In this document: piece after piece, positions 31,585 through 51,026 of the stretch
Layout: every line of letters starts with the position of its first letter
How positions within the stretch are numbered: the stretch's first letter is position 1
From: Tubiluchus corallicola
Taxonomy: Eukaryota > Animalia > Priapulida
DNA: 64,000 nucleotides
Direction of reading: 5' to 3'
Assembly (NCBI GenBank): GCA_030141605.1
Contig: JAQGDQ010000013.1
Location: forward strand, 1,068,447-1,132,446
The notes under the pieces: model-generated
The model's database searches: none
What the model was told of the DNA's origin: nothing
What the model saw: the letters and a program-made list of their open reading frames with translations, nothing else
Translations under genes and position numbers: made by a program

Positions 31585-34214
31585 CCGTGTATGTCATGCC
31601 GCCACGTTTGCCTCGCATGAAGTCGTGAATTGCTTATACACTCACAACAGATTTTTACATTTACTTGCTAGGCACTGCGTACGCTATTAATCGCTTGTCC
31701 CGTGTTCAGTATTTCATACGTATTTGTTCGTTTGTAACACAGCCTAACTAGACAGTAAAGTCTTTCAGCACGATAGCATAAGATAATTACTTAAATTATG
31801 TATTTAGAAGAATTATTCAAAGACATCCACTATAACTTAAGCCGACAGCAGACTTGAATTCCGGCTGTTAGTCAATGACTAACTGTTTCAACGAAGCAAG
31901 AAGAAATGATTGAATATAAGAACACTCAGAAAGGAAACATATGAATTCTAAACTATAAATAAATAAAATGTTTAGTGGCTATCAAACTAATTAACTGGTT
32001 AATGCAGCAAAAAACTAACTGAGTGGCTGAGTGAATCAACATTTAAGTACCTGTTTGTATAATTAACAACTGAAAATGGACACCATTGAAACCATTGAAA
32101 ATCACGTGTCCAATGCCACAACAAGTCATACACCACAGTGCCGAACCTAATACCTCGAAATGACTGCTTCCCTTCCGAAACAACTGTCAGCATATACTCC
32201 GCTGGACAAGTGTCCACAAATTGACAGTGAGTCTGACCATCTAACCGCCTGGCCTATGCAGACAGCAGGTCAGATGTGGACACGACATCCTATGCTGAGC
32301 AGTCAGACTATGCAGTCGTGTCCTTCTGCATCCGGCGAGCCTGCTTCTAATAGAGAACATAATAAGGACGCAGACACGGAAAATATGACAGAGAATGACA
32401 ACATCACATTACTCCTACCAATCCACAACTACAAACAGCATAAAGTACACCTGCTCAAAAAGTTCCAAAAATCCGACAAAGTACGTACGACTATAAAAAA
32501 AATGATGCGACGCATTTTGCCATTGCGTACAGTAATATCAAATGGCGGTAGCCCTGAACGCAAATGCTGCGGAAATAGCTAACTATTTGTTTATTCGGAA
32601 GTGCTATCCTAAGCAAGTATGTAACAACTTACTTCTACTTAACTACTTAGCTAACTTTGTCTTTATACAGTGAAAATACGGTGAATGTACAGTGATAACA
32701 TATTGGGCGTAAAGACTAAATAACTCATTTGCATAACCCACACGGGTGAGCTGCTAAACCTCTTACAGCTCATTTGGGTACTAATGGCTTGCCAGTGGTC
32801 AGGCGAGACCACTGGTCAGCTAGAAGCCACGAAAAGTAATCTTTCTCATGCATGGATGACTCTCCAGTTTCTACACATTTGCGGATTTTAAAACAAAAGC
32901 GTGGAGTCGTAATATGAATAAATTATATGAAAGAACAACAAATAAAAGCCTTCGTGGAATATTTTATTACAACACAAACACAGAATTGCAGTGTAGGCAA
33001 CATTTTACGATATGTATATCAAAACACAACAGATATTTGCAGTATGGGCAAAATTTTGCAGTTCTGCGTATCAAAACAAAGTGCAGAAGCGCGGTGAGGG
33101 CCAAAGATAGGTATTCTTGTGGCACTTGTGCTCAATGCTACGGTAACTGCCATTCGATACTACTGCAAGCAATGACAAAATACATCGTGTCGTCGTTTTT
33201 ATAGCTTACCTGCTTTGCCTGCTTTTTTGTACTTGTTTTTGAGCAAGTGTTTATGCTACGTGGTTTTTGGTTGTAGTTCTTGACTGGAGTTGACGGTTGC
33301 TTAACGGTAATGTGATGTAGTCATTCTCTATTAAATTTTCCATGTCTGTGTCTGTATCATGTCCTTCTCCATTAGAACCAGCTCATGGCTCATCGAATGC
33401 AGATGGTATTGAGCACGGCCTGTTTCTACAGACATACCGTGCTTGTCAGAATAGGATATCGCGTCCACGTCTAACCTGTTGTCCTCATAGGAGATTATTA
33501 GATGGACTGACTTACTATCATTTTGTTCCATGTAAAATGGATTATCTGCTAAACAGTTGTTCCGGAGGGGGAGTAGGTGCCTCGAGGTATTGGGTTCGGT
33601 CCTTTTGGCACATTTGGGCGTAGTGACCTTTGGTGTATTTTGTTGTGGGGTTGTACATTTCATTTTCGGTGGTGCCCATGGGTATTTCTTGGGTGTTTTA
33701 CATTATCTGAGGAGCGTTGGAGAAATTTTAGCTTTAGCTACACTCTTCAAAGTGTCAGCAATTTTTGTAAAGAGCAAAAGCGGGTCAATGGTAGCCAAAA
33801 TTCAAAAATTGCACGTACGCTAATAAAGTGGATACGAAATTACTCGTCTTGTCACACTGAATAAGAAAGGTTATAGTTCTACTTTCGTTATGACCTCGAA
33901 TTTGATAAGGTCAGTGCAATTTATGTCAAAGGTAAAACTTTCCTGTACTGTTAGGATTAACTAATTTGAATAAATTTTGTATCTAATCACATATTTTTAA
34001 TATGACAAATTTAAAACGAACGTCTTTGAAAATTCAAAAATTCAGTCTTATGCCCGAAATTACAATTTTGAGCAAAAAATCCCGTTATATGTAAGGCTAC
34101 ATAATTGTACAAAAACATACCTTGATACTTAAATTGTTCTCAATTTGTATGAGCTCTACTCATTGATATATAGAGGAATGTTACAATGAGTAGAGCTCAT
34201 ACAAATTGAGAATA

Positions 34215-37030
34215 ATATATATATATATATATATGTTGAAGATCAACTTTATTTGTTGCAATCCAATTTAAAAATTTCCTACCCCGTTTCACTAATTCAT
34301 ATTAATATTAGAAGTTTAAAATCTGGTTTTATCATTTCACTCTAGAAATTTTGCAAGGTAACTTTCAGGTAACTGCATTCACTGAGATGTGGCTGACAGA
34401 TGAGCTTAGCCAATCATTTTCTATTCCAGGCTATAAACTGAATGTGTGAGTAGAAAAGTGAAAAAGGGAGGTGGCTTTGCCTTGCTCATTCGGGAAGATC
34501 TAGTTTTTACAGTTATCAGTGACTTGTCACTCTGTGAGGATGAAATTGAAATTCCATTAGTTGAAATTCGTAGTAGAACAAACAAAAACATTGTGGTTGG
34601 TGTTACCTAGCGTTCGCCTAGTAACAGCCCTACTTTCCTTAATAAAGGCATGCATCTACTAAATAGTAATAATCCTCTTTCTAAACACTTGTTGTATCAG
34701 AATGGGTGGAAAATTTTAAGATTTAAGTCATGGTCCTCATGACTTAAATCTTAAAATTTTCCACTCATTCTGATGCAAAAACCTTCTTAAATAACAATAT
34801 GTTGGCCAATTACTTGTTCGCTTATCACCCGACCTACTAGAATAACTGGTACATCTGCAACTCTCTTTGATAATATATATTCTAATTTAATTGATTCAGA
34901 ACATAAATGTGGCTGCTTACTCACTGATGTTTCTGATCATTTACTAATATTTGCTTTATTGAACCTTGGTTTGCCGATTTTAAATAAATCTGTCTTTACA
35001 AAATATCCTCACAATGACAATATCAAAATGAATTTAATGGCTGACTTGAACAGTATAAATCGGGATAATAACTTAGTGTGCAATAATGTTAATGACGCAA
35101 AAGATTTGTTTTTAGATTTTTAGACTAGTTTCTTGATGCTTATCCTACTCTTCACATGTTAAACATGTTAAAGTATGTAAAACATGCAAGTAATCGTGAG
35201 TTTTCAAGAAAATATAGGCAGTACCGTAATCGCTTAAGTGGTTTAATTTAAAAGAAAATCCAAATTTGATACTACAAAAATAAAATTGAAGTTTATTTAC
35301 CATGATCCATCTAAACGAATCATTAAATAGACATAAATCGCACGCCCATATTAGAATTAAATCAATAACAAATTAGTCACTAACAGTACAGTGGCAAATT
35401 CATTTAATGAACTGTTTCTAAATATTAGTCCAGAAATGGCTGAAGAAATCAGGCAGGATGATACTAACTACAGTCAGTTCTTGAAAGGAGAATATATCAA
35501 TTCATTTTGTCAGCAACCCGTTACCACTGACCAAGTAATAAATATTATTTTGCAAAACATAAAATTGTAAAGCAAGCTTACATATATATATATATATATA
35601 TATATGTGTATAACATTTCACCTAAAATTATATCTGATACAATTAGCACCATATCAGTTCCTTTCTGTCATATAAAATAAAACTGTCATTTACTTGTGGA
35701 ATCTTTGCAGTTAAACCAAAACGATCAATGATATTATTGTCATTCCTTTATTCAAATCTGGCGAAGCCACTAATATGAATAATTACCGACCAATTTTGCT
35801 TCTCCCTACTTTTTCAAAACTATTTGAACGATTTGCGCATAATCAACTAGAAGCTTATTTAAATAAATATAGCATATTAAATCCCAATCGATTTGGTGTT
35901 CGTAAAGGTTGCTCAACTGATCTTTAATAAGTGTTTGCAGTAAATTGATTGACAGTATAGAAAAAATGCCATCACTGCCGGAGTGTTTTGTGACCTTTCT
36001 AAACCGTGCGATACCGTCAAGAATCTCTCCATTCTAATCAATAAGTTCTTTTACTATGGTATTCGAGGGACATTCAGGTGGCTTAGAAGCTACCTAACTA
36101 ATCGTTTGCAAGTGTCAAATACAACAATATCATATCTGATACACTAACTGTTGAATGTGGTGTTCCACAAAGATCAATTATTGGTCCATAATTGTTTCTT
36201 GTTTCATTATCAATATTACCACTATGAAAATAACACAATTCGCTGCTGATATACCAATATTTATGGATTTTTGCAAACTTTCGGTTACCAACATGAATAA
36301 GTAATTGAATAATCTTTAGATCTGGTTTAAGACTAATAAATTGGCACTTAATCCTAGCAAAACAAAACTTATTATGTTTAGCTCTAAACTAAACCCATTC
36401 CTCCAAAGAGTACGCTTTTCATTGAAGGTGAACCAGTTAAATAAATTAGAGAGACAAAATTTCTTGGTGTCACCCTCATGAAGATTTAAACTGGACTAGT
36501 GTTACATTAATATGGTTAGTGTTAAAATATCAAAAAATGTTGGTATTATTTCCCACATTATTTACAAATTCATCTCATAACGTTATTATGATTATTTAAA
36601 TTTGCTTGTATTCTTAGGGGCTCTTCGTATTTGTACTCACCTGTCAAATTTAAATCCTCTTAGTACACGAGAATTCTCGCACAATTTCTACGGTCTTTCT
36701 ACACTTTCTGCAATTTATAGACAACACTTAAAGTATGTAAACAATTAACAATTTATGATCTTGTTAAGTACAACATTGCGGTGTTCATGCACAAATCCTA
36801 CTTTAATTTGTTTCCGCAATTTTTCAAAAATCCTATAACAAAAATATCGCGTGCCATAATACTAGGTATAATGTATTTTAAGTCAGGTATTGCAGAACCA
36901 ATGTAGCTATCATTTCACAACTTTTGTAGGTCCCAGTGTTTTGAATTCTGTTTCTTGTAATATCATTTCAGTATCACGCCTACCTAGATTTGAGAAGGAG
37001 ATGAAAACATACCTCTTAAATACATATTTG
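34215..37030 (+). mobile_element. Decayed near-complete L2/Crack-type LINE ORF2 (APE endonuclease plus RT)
   Basis: Ordered motifs across frames: FTEMWL, KGGGFALLI, ITRPTRITGTSATLFDNIYSN, SDH (APE); NYRPILLLPTFSKLFER, FCDLSKPCDTV, CGVPQRSIIGP, FAADTN, KFLGV (RT). Many stops and frameshifts. The 5' boundary is approximate. Confidence 0.92.
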
Positions 37031-37563
37031 GTGGATTTGGACTTCAGTTTTTCTTTCTATATTGCATTCGCCACTTATAGTCCATCTCTCTTTACATAAA
37101 TTTCATTTCATTTTCCATCACCTCACCATTTTTTTATTTTTTCTAGCGTTTTTCTTTTCTTTCACTTACATTACTTACTTATACCCTTATTTTATTGTCA
37201 TGTCATCTCTTTTCATTGAGCACCTTTTTTATCCTTCCCCTCACATCTAACAATACACCATGCATGGCAGTTGGGCTTTCCAAATTCTAGCATTTAGCTC
37301 AGCTGCATGCAGGTACATCATTTGTTCACTAGTTAATTGCTCCCTGGATTAGTATTTATAGTAATTTTGCTTTCAGTTTGTGCAGTCTTTGTCTAATAAA
37401 CAACATAACATGTACGATTACATAAGATGCACGCCTCATTTTGTATGCAAGATTTAAGAAAAGAAACAGGCCTTGTTGAAATAGGTTGCTCATAACTACC
37501 CACGTACCGCGCAGACTTGCAGGTCAACTCATAGCTTCTGGTGTACCAAGTAAATGAGAGTGA

Positions 37564-37953
37564 TAAGGGCGAGTATCAAACGTTCGAGTTCGAACCAGTT
37601 TTCACTATTTTAAATTCGATTCGAACCTAAAATTACGTATTTGAATAATTCGCCACTTCAATTATATTACATTCTTTATCAGTAAAACATTTGAAACAGA
37701 ATACACTCAGCACAATTTAGTTGCAATCTCTGTGCACAATTTTTAAACAAATATGTTTTTATTGCAGAGCATAATCACGATTTTGCAAGACAGCTTTTTA
37801 TTTGTGAAAGTTTATTGGAACATCTTTAGAACCGAATTTGATTTTGATTCGGATTTGAAATCTTGAAATTCAGGTTGATTGGAGTTCGAAAGTCGCAAAT
37901 TCGCTTCGATTCGAATTCGCCTTCTGTCGACCTACTCGAATGTTCGCCTCTAG
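37564..37953 (+). mobile_element. TTCGAA-rich MITE-like repeat (copy 2)
   Basis: Ends taagggcgagtatcaaacgttcgag ... ctcgaatgttcgcctcta form an imperfect inverted repeat; homologous to 21455-21972. Confidence 0.65.
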
Positions 37954-38196
37954 GCGTTGGTTATTTAATATTGCACCATGGAAATTGCTGTATAAAAACA
38001 CGATTAAAAATTTAAACTCAAAACTTCACATGTACTCATTTTATATGTATTACGAGGTTCATACATTTATTGATTTTATGACTTACGTAAATTTATACAT
38101 ACATTTTCAAATAAATGTAAAGCAAATATTTAATAAGCAGCATTTTATTATAACGTTGGTAACGTTGCCATAATGGTTACTTTTTTATTAATATAG

Positions 38197-43885
<5,689 letters not shown>

Positions 43886-46800
43886 TATTAACTAGTAACG
43901 TCCTAACTATGAGTAATAATGAGGAAGCATGTTTCGGGAGGCGCCAGGTTATGATACTTTGTTTTCTCGCTAGATCTCGCTAACGTATACTTCAAATACT
44001 ACTTTAAAGAGGAACATGGTAATTGAATGCAATATTGAAATTTACTTGTCGTGTGCACGTGTGTTGTGCATTTTAAAATATGCTCAAGATTGTGACATTT
44101 CATGACTTCACAACAGCTAAACTACTGTGCGTGCGACATAAGTGTATTTTTGTAACTCTCCCTACTTTTCTCTTTTGTACCAAAGTTTGATGTTCTGAAC
44201 TGAACTACATGCTACTTTTACTAAAAATCGATTTGTTTATTAGAAAAGCATGCTAGAGAGCAATTGATGATGTGTGCTGCGAACTACAGTTCTTGGCCTG
44301 TACAGAAAGAATCTCAAAACCTCTTAAAATTTCATTAGGGTGAATAATAAGCTGTTATAATATTGTCGTATTGAAATGTTGAAAATCTAACATTCTTTCC
44401 AGTGGCCTATTGTTTTTTGCCTTGCAATGCATTTGGATTTCCTCATATAGGTTTAGCATTATAAATTTGGTTATACAGTTTTGTATTTAACATGTTTAAA
44501 TTTATTTATATTTTATGTAAAACGTTACGTCCACTGATATTAGTTTGTCTAAACCTTAAAATTGTAAAACATGTCTGCGCATTAGGCTTGCTAATTAAAT
44601 AACTTATTGCGTACACTGCTTAGCAAAATACTAATATGTTGTTATATCCCTAAACCAACTAATTGAAAAGTGAGATGTTAATTAGTATACAAAAACATAC
44701 GATGCAAATTGTAAACAAACTGCTATTTGGATGTTAAATAATATGCAAAAGACTTATAAATTAAGTTAAGTTGAGTACTTGGGCGGTATTTTGCAATATT
44801 CTAGGGTAATTTTAAGAATATTATTGATCATGTGAAAAACTGATTATTATTCATATGTAATCACTGTTGTACTATAGTGGATGCAAATTGCCTATTTATT
44901 TTAGAAATTATTGTAAACAGAATTTAGAGCAGAAATCTATGTTTTAATTATAACAGGAATAAAGCGGCATATAATACGCTATTTTGCTAACATTAATGGC
45001 AGTACTTCGTGCCTTATTTGCATTAAAGTGTGTATTAAAATTTGTAAAAGGTTTTTAAATTGAAAGAGTGATTATTTAAATTAAAGTTACTTCTTTGTAA
45101 CCACAAACAGTCGTATTGTGATCAAGAATCGGAGGCAATTGTTTATTTGTGTGCTACTTAATAAATTATGCTTTATGAACGAAAATCTATTATGTACGTA
45201 ACGGAGTTGTTTTTGCTGGATATATTTTAGCATGCATGACCCTCTTAATCAGTTTTAATTTAATTAGGATCTGAATTATGACTATGCATATAAAAATTGT
45301 TACAGTTTGGTAAAAACAGCGTTTTAGCTAAACTCGTTTAACTATTTATTAATTATTGTAGTCTGAACCTCCTCTCGTAATACTTCTGCCATATCTATAT
45401 AGACATAGGTTCTTTACTATCTAGACATAGTAACAGAGCTACAAAATCTGTCAAATATTATAAAATAAAGTGATTGTATCTGTTTTCTTTTAATTACTTT
45501 TATCTATATGATTACTCGACAAGTGCATTAACATGCAATCAGTAGCTAGATGGGCCATCATCCCAGGGGGCACTTATGGTTTAGTGTAATCGAAAGAAAG
45601 ATGTTATTGTATTGTGAGAATATAATACCTAATAAAAAAGACTAGTAGATGCCTAACACAGTTTCATTTTCCCTTGAAAACATTTAAAATTTCTGATAAT
45701 TACGGAGTTTTCCGACAAAGAGGCATTCGTAAAGTTATTATTTTCGTCTTGCTTCTTTGGGTTTCTGTTCCTGTTCAAAATTGTTTCCTAAAGTACAGTG
45801 CACTTTTTTTAAACGATCTACATAATTTTATTACCGCATCTTTCACCTACATTCGAGCTTTAACGGCAACAGGGAAAGGTACGTACCAAAGCATGGTCAT
45901 GTATTCGGAATGCCCGTTATTTTAAATTCGTAATGATGTCTCTCATGGTTAAATCATTGCTACATCAAGACTGAAAATACAATTTACCCAGCCTAGGCGT
46001 CACTATAGACGTCGCTATTTGGAATCCTGGGCGACAGCTACTTCCACTCCCATGGATCAATCCCGTGTCGACTTCGTTTTCAAATTGAAAACGTGTTTGT
46101 AGAAAACAATAAAAACCACAGAACTTCACTCTGCTAATTTTTATTATTTCAAGAATAGCTATTTTTCAACGCATGTTTTTGAAGGTAATATTATTGTAAG
46201 ATGCTAACGCGGCTAAAATTGATGGTGAGGTGCAGTATCTACTAAGGCCGCTACCCATGTAAGTTCCTGTTACTTTATGCTTGTTGGGCAAAATTTAATA
46301 AACTCTCGCTTAAAAAACGTGATATTACACGTAAAAACGTTAATTAGTCACATTACAGATAAGGAAAATAGTTCTTGGTTTAATCTAAATTAAGTTTTAG
46401 ATACCCAAAACAAAAAAACACAAAATACACAACTTTAATAGCAATGTTGGAAAACATAGAAATCAGAATGACAAACGAAAAGATAAAAAGACAAAGGAGT
46501 TGCAATGTCATATGCAAACTTCAGTTTCACTAATTTTGGTTTGCCTTCTGATGCAACTTTTGCACCAAATCATTTGGATCAGTGACTTTTTGTTTCTTTG
46601 TTTTCTTGTCTTTTTTCTTAAAAGCATCCGTATAAAACTGTGATTTGTTAAGAGTCAGCTTTGTGGTTCTGAACCCTAGGAGGTTGTCTAATTTGCCTAA
46701 TACTGGCACCGGATCAAAGACCTAAACCAGCCATAACTTCGATTAATGAGCAACTTCGTGCATATACACACATCCATTTGACTCAAGTGTTTATTTCACT

Positions 46801-46937
46801 TTTGAATGGTATACTAAAATACGCTCTTTCTATTACATCTATCATACGAAGGGGCAGAATGATCTAATGCACGCTTTATGACTTTTTAATCACACTTATC
46901 AATTATCACCTTTCACAGTTATAGCAATATAGAATTT

Positions 46938-47134
<197 letters not shown>

Positions 47135-48199
47135 TGCACTTACTTACGACTTAGCTGTCCGACTTAACTGATAGTGATGTATTATTACTTACATTATTTG
47201 AATAATTTATTTCTTGCTGTAAATGGACTGGAGCAATATGCTATCATTGTTCTTAGTATATGTAATTAAAATTACTGTGGAACGTGTAGTAATCAACTTT
47301 TGAAATATGACAGTTTTGTAGAGGTTCTATAAAGATGTGGTATATGCTTGTACAATTTCCTGAATGTATGCATATTGTCAGACATTTTCAGTTTTTACAA
47401 CTTAGTACTTGCCGAACATCTGCCACGTACAATTATATCGTATTACAAACATAAGTGAACAGCCAAATTCCCATTCAGTTTTGGTGAATAATATAATTAT
47501 CCTAGTCGATCTATACCTCGTGACAGCTACCATAGCTAAGTGGCAGCACCTTTATTTACTTTATAATGTCGCTGTAATATGTAGTTTGACATGTGTAATT
47601 GTATATTATATTTTTGCTTCTTGTACTTTAAACTGAATTGAAATGAACTGGTCGTAGAAAACAATCAAAACCCGACAAATTGAGTGATGGACTTGTTTTG
47701 TCTGGTAGGCTGTTACTGTCAGACCGTGAATATAGCAGTGTGGTTTTCAGAATTTTATGTTTCTGTTTTGACTGGTAAATTGAGTAATTGCGCGCAATGT
47801 CTAAATAGTTAAACTTAGGAGTCTTTCTCGTGCGCAGAAGTTTAAGATATTTTGTGTTGCGTTGAGAGTAACTTGGTGGTCATTCTTTGGAACCGTTCCG
47901 CGAGGTTTTTGACGTATATTCGGATACCTTAACGAGAGATACGAGAACATTACTAAGCGTACTTAGTAAGAAAAACTGGGTAAGTAGTTATAACAATGGA
48001 TGAGTCTTGGTCGTAACTGGTGAACTTTTTGCGAGGCCTTTTCATAAAAGAGGGTTAAAACAAGTGCAAAGAAAGGTACCGAAGCACAGTCAACGTAAGC
48101 TAAGTATAAAGTCGTGTTGCTGGTTTTAGCTAGATCAGGATTTGATAAATTTAAGATTTTTTCTTAATGGATAACTACTAGCCAAAACTATGATATATA

Positions 48200-49220
48200 C
48201 AGTAAGTCCTCGCTTAATGGCACTAATAAGTAATTTGTTTTAGCAAAAGGTGTGGTTAAGGGAACTGTCAGCATATGAAACAATGACTTTCTTAGAAAAC
48301 AATGCAAAGCATTCAGTTGCATTCCTCACCCAACGATCATTAATGATTGACCTAGGTAAGAGCGCTCTCTAAGTTGCCTTGCAAGACAAAAATCGATAAT
48401 GTCTGGGTACGTTAAAGTTTCAGTTGCCTTTTGGACAAAAAATATTAGCGCATGGCTCATAAATCAAACACTTTATGACATTTGTATCTGGCATTTTTTA
48501 ACTAAAAGCTAGAGAAAACTAAAATTTGCATTGAAGATTCAAATTTAAAGAGGCTTTCTTTATTGCACACACGTATCTTCTTTTGATTGATCCTCCTGTG
48601 TTATTTCTTCTTCTTACTTTTCTTCTCTGCTTATTTTTTTACAAAAAACCTAGCGTTAGTTGTGTACTTTCTTTCTTTTTTCTGTTGAAACTTCGAAACA
48701 CTGAAGAATCAGCAACATTTTGTTTCACTTTTGAACTTCGCTCTTAATTTGAATTATTTTTTACAAAAAATTCAAATGCAGCACCAATACTGTATTTTTA
48801 AAAACTTTTTGCAGATGTTTAATGCTATCAATTTCTGATTAACGCTCCTGAGAATATTTCTAGTGTTGTTTTTCTAACAAGACAGTGTAAATACAAGTGA
48901 GGTGAATGTAACAAATTAACCCGGTAATGTAACATGAGAGGTTTTTATCAAAGGGGTTTCTTCTGTACCCATGTGGGAATGCACTATAGCAATTAGTAAG
49001 TGGTCAGCAATTAATCATCGTTGCGGGCCTCTGATTGCTTAGTAGGAAATTATTATTGTGATTTTTGTTAATAAGGCAAGTGCAGAAAACAGAATTTCAG
49101 CATTGGAAGGCCAAAAAAATTGTCGTTAAAGTGAAACACGTGTCATTAAGTGAATCAAAAGATCAACGTCGTTAAAACAAAACAGCGCCTAACGAGGAGT
49201 CGTTATGCGATAGCTTACTG
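48200..49220. mobile_element. Non-autonomous Tc1/mariner (pogo/Tigger-like) element
   Basis: TA|cagtaagtcctcgcttaa ... ttatgcgatagcttactg|TA: CAGT/ACTG termini, imperfect TIRs, TA duplication. Confidence 0.7.
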
Positions 49221-49922
49221 TACCTACAAAAAGTGACAGAAATCCGAAAATTTTGTTTTTATCATTATCGTATCACTCTTATTCATACTTAAATTTGATT
49301 TTTAAATTTGGCATAATTGACATAATTTTTTGGTATAATTTAGTATAATAAGTTTTTCTGAAACATTTTTTGCAGTTTTGGCAGTTAGGGATGGTAAGAA
49401 TGACAACAGCCTCTAGATAACTGATAATGTAGTACTTAACTTAACATATTCAGTATGTAGACCTAATGCATATATTTATCCCACTCACATGTTTATGGCT
49501 GTAGATAGCAATCAAGAATTGCTGTTCACTATTACCAGCGATGAAATTGCCAAATTCAAGCAGTAAGACTCTGAGCAACACGCGCACACACGTATATACT
49601 TTTTGCAAGCACTTATAATTGCTTTTATGATTTTGCCGTTCGGTTGTGTGTAAATAACTTACCTGCCAGCTTATTTTTAAAAAAATGTGTGTTGGTTTAT
49701 TAAACTATTGCTGACGATTAAATATACATGTTAGATTATCGATCAATCATATTCTCACATAATGTCAAGTTACTTTCCATGAAAAACCATTTTCTTATCT
49801 TGAGTTGTTGGTGAAATAATATCTTTTGACATTGTTTTGCATATATAATTATTATATCCAACATTGAATTAATGATTTTCCCGATTTACTTTTTCTAGTT
49901 TCAAGATTGAAGAGAAACAAAA

Positions 49923-51026
49923 ATGAGTTTGTTTGGAACACAGACAGCAGGTTTTGGATCATTTGGCTCCACTACAGCTGCAACAAGTCATAACCCCATG
50001 AAGGATTTTGAAGTGCAGTCTGCACCTGATGATAGTGTTAGCTCCTTGCAGTTTAGTCCAGCAACATTACCAAATAATTATCTAATTGGAGGCAGTTGGG
50101 ACAACAATGTACGTTGTTGGGAGATGCAAATTCAAGGAACACAAGTGCAGACTGTGCTCAGAGCACAACAGACTCACCAAGGACCTGTTCTTGACGTGGC
50201 TTGGAGTGATGACGGGTCGAAAGTCTTTACTGCTTCTTGTGATAAGACTGCAAAAATGTGGGATCTAAATAGCAACCAGTTTGTTCAGATTGCGCAACAT
50301 GATGCACCAGTGAAAACCATTCATTGGATAAAAGCGCCAAACTACAGCTGCGTCATGACAGGCAGTTGGGACAAAACGCTAAAATTCTGGGATATGCGAT
50401 CTGCTCAACCTGTCATGACCATACAGCTTCCCGAGCGGTGTTACTGTGCCGATGTCGTTTACCCAATGGCAGTAGTTGGTACTGCTCAGCGTGGAATCAT
50501 CGTGTACCAGTTACAAAATCAGCCACAAGAATTCAAAAAAATTGAATCACCTTTAAAATATCAACACAGGTGCGTGTCGATATTTATGGACCAGAAAAAG
50601 AACGAACCAACTGGGTTTGCCCTGGGAAGCATTGAAGGCAGAGTTGCCATACAGTATGTACAAGCTACGAATCCGAAGGATAATTTTACATTCAAGTGCC
50701 ATCGATCAAATGGTACATCAAACGCAGTACAAGATATTTATGCTGTTAATGGCATTGCATTTCATCCAACACATGGAACACTGGCAACTATCGGGTCTGA
50801 CGGCAGATTTTCTTTCTGGGATAAAGATGCTAGGACAAAACTGAAGACTTCTGAACAGATGGAACAGCCAATTACAGCTTGTACGTTCAACTCTAATGGC
50901 CAACTGTTTGCATATTCCGTGAGCTATGATTGGTCTAAAGGACATGAATATTTTAATCCACAGAAGAAAAACTACATTTTCCTGCACTCTTGTTATGAAG
51001 AAATGAAACCAAGAAACAAGAAATAA
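49923..51026 (+). CDS. RAE1: mRNA export factor RAE1/Gle2 (WD40 beta-propeller, 367 aa), uninterrupted CDS
   Basis: Diagnostic motifs [81 protein letters not shown]. Acceptor ttttctag at 49898; AATAAA at 51192. Confidence 0.98.
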   Translation: MSLFGTQTAGFGSFGSTTAATSHNPMKDFEVQSAPDDSVSSLQFSPATLPNNYLIGGSWDNNVRCWEMQIQGTQVQTVLRAQQTHQGPVLDVAWSDDGSKVFTASCDKTAKMWDLNSNQFVQIAQHDAPVKTIHWIKAPNYSCVMTGSWDKTLKFWDMRSAQPVMTIQLPERCYCADVVYPMAVVGTAQRGIIVYQLQNQPQEFKKIESPLKYQHRCVSIFMDQKKNEPTGFALGSIEGRVAIQYVQATNPKDNFTFKCHRSNGTSNAVQDIYAVNGIAFHPTHGTLATIGSDGRFSFWDKDARTKLKTSEQMEQPITACTFNSNGQLFAYSVSYDWSKGHEYFNPQKKNYIFLHSCYEEMKPRNKK

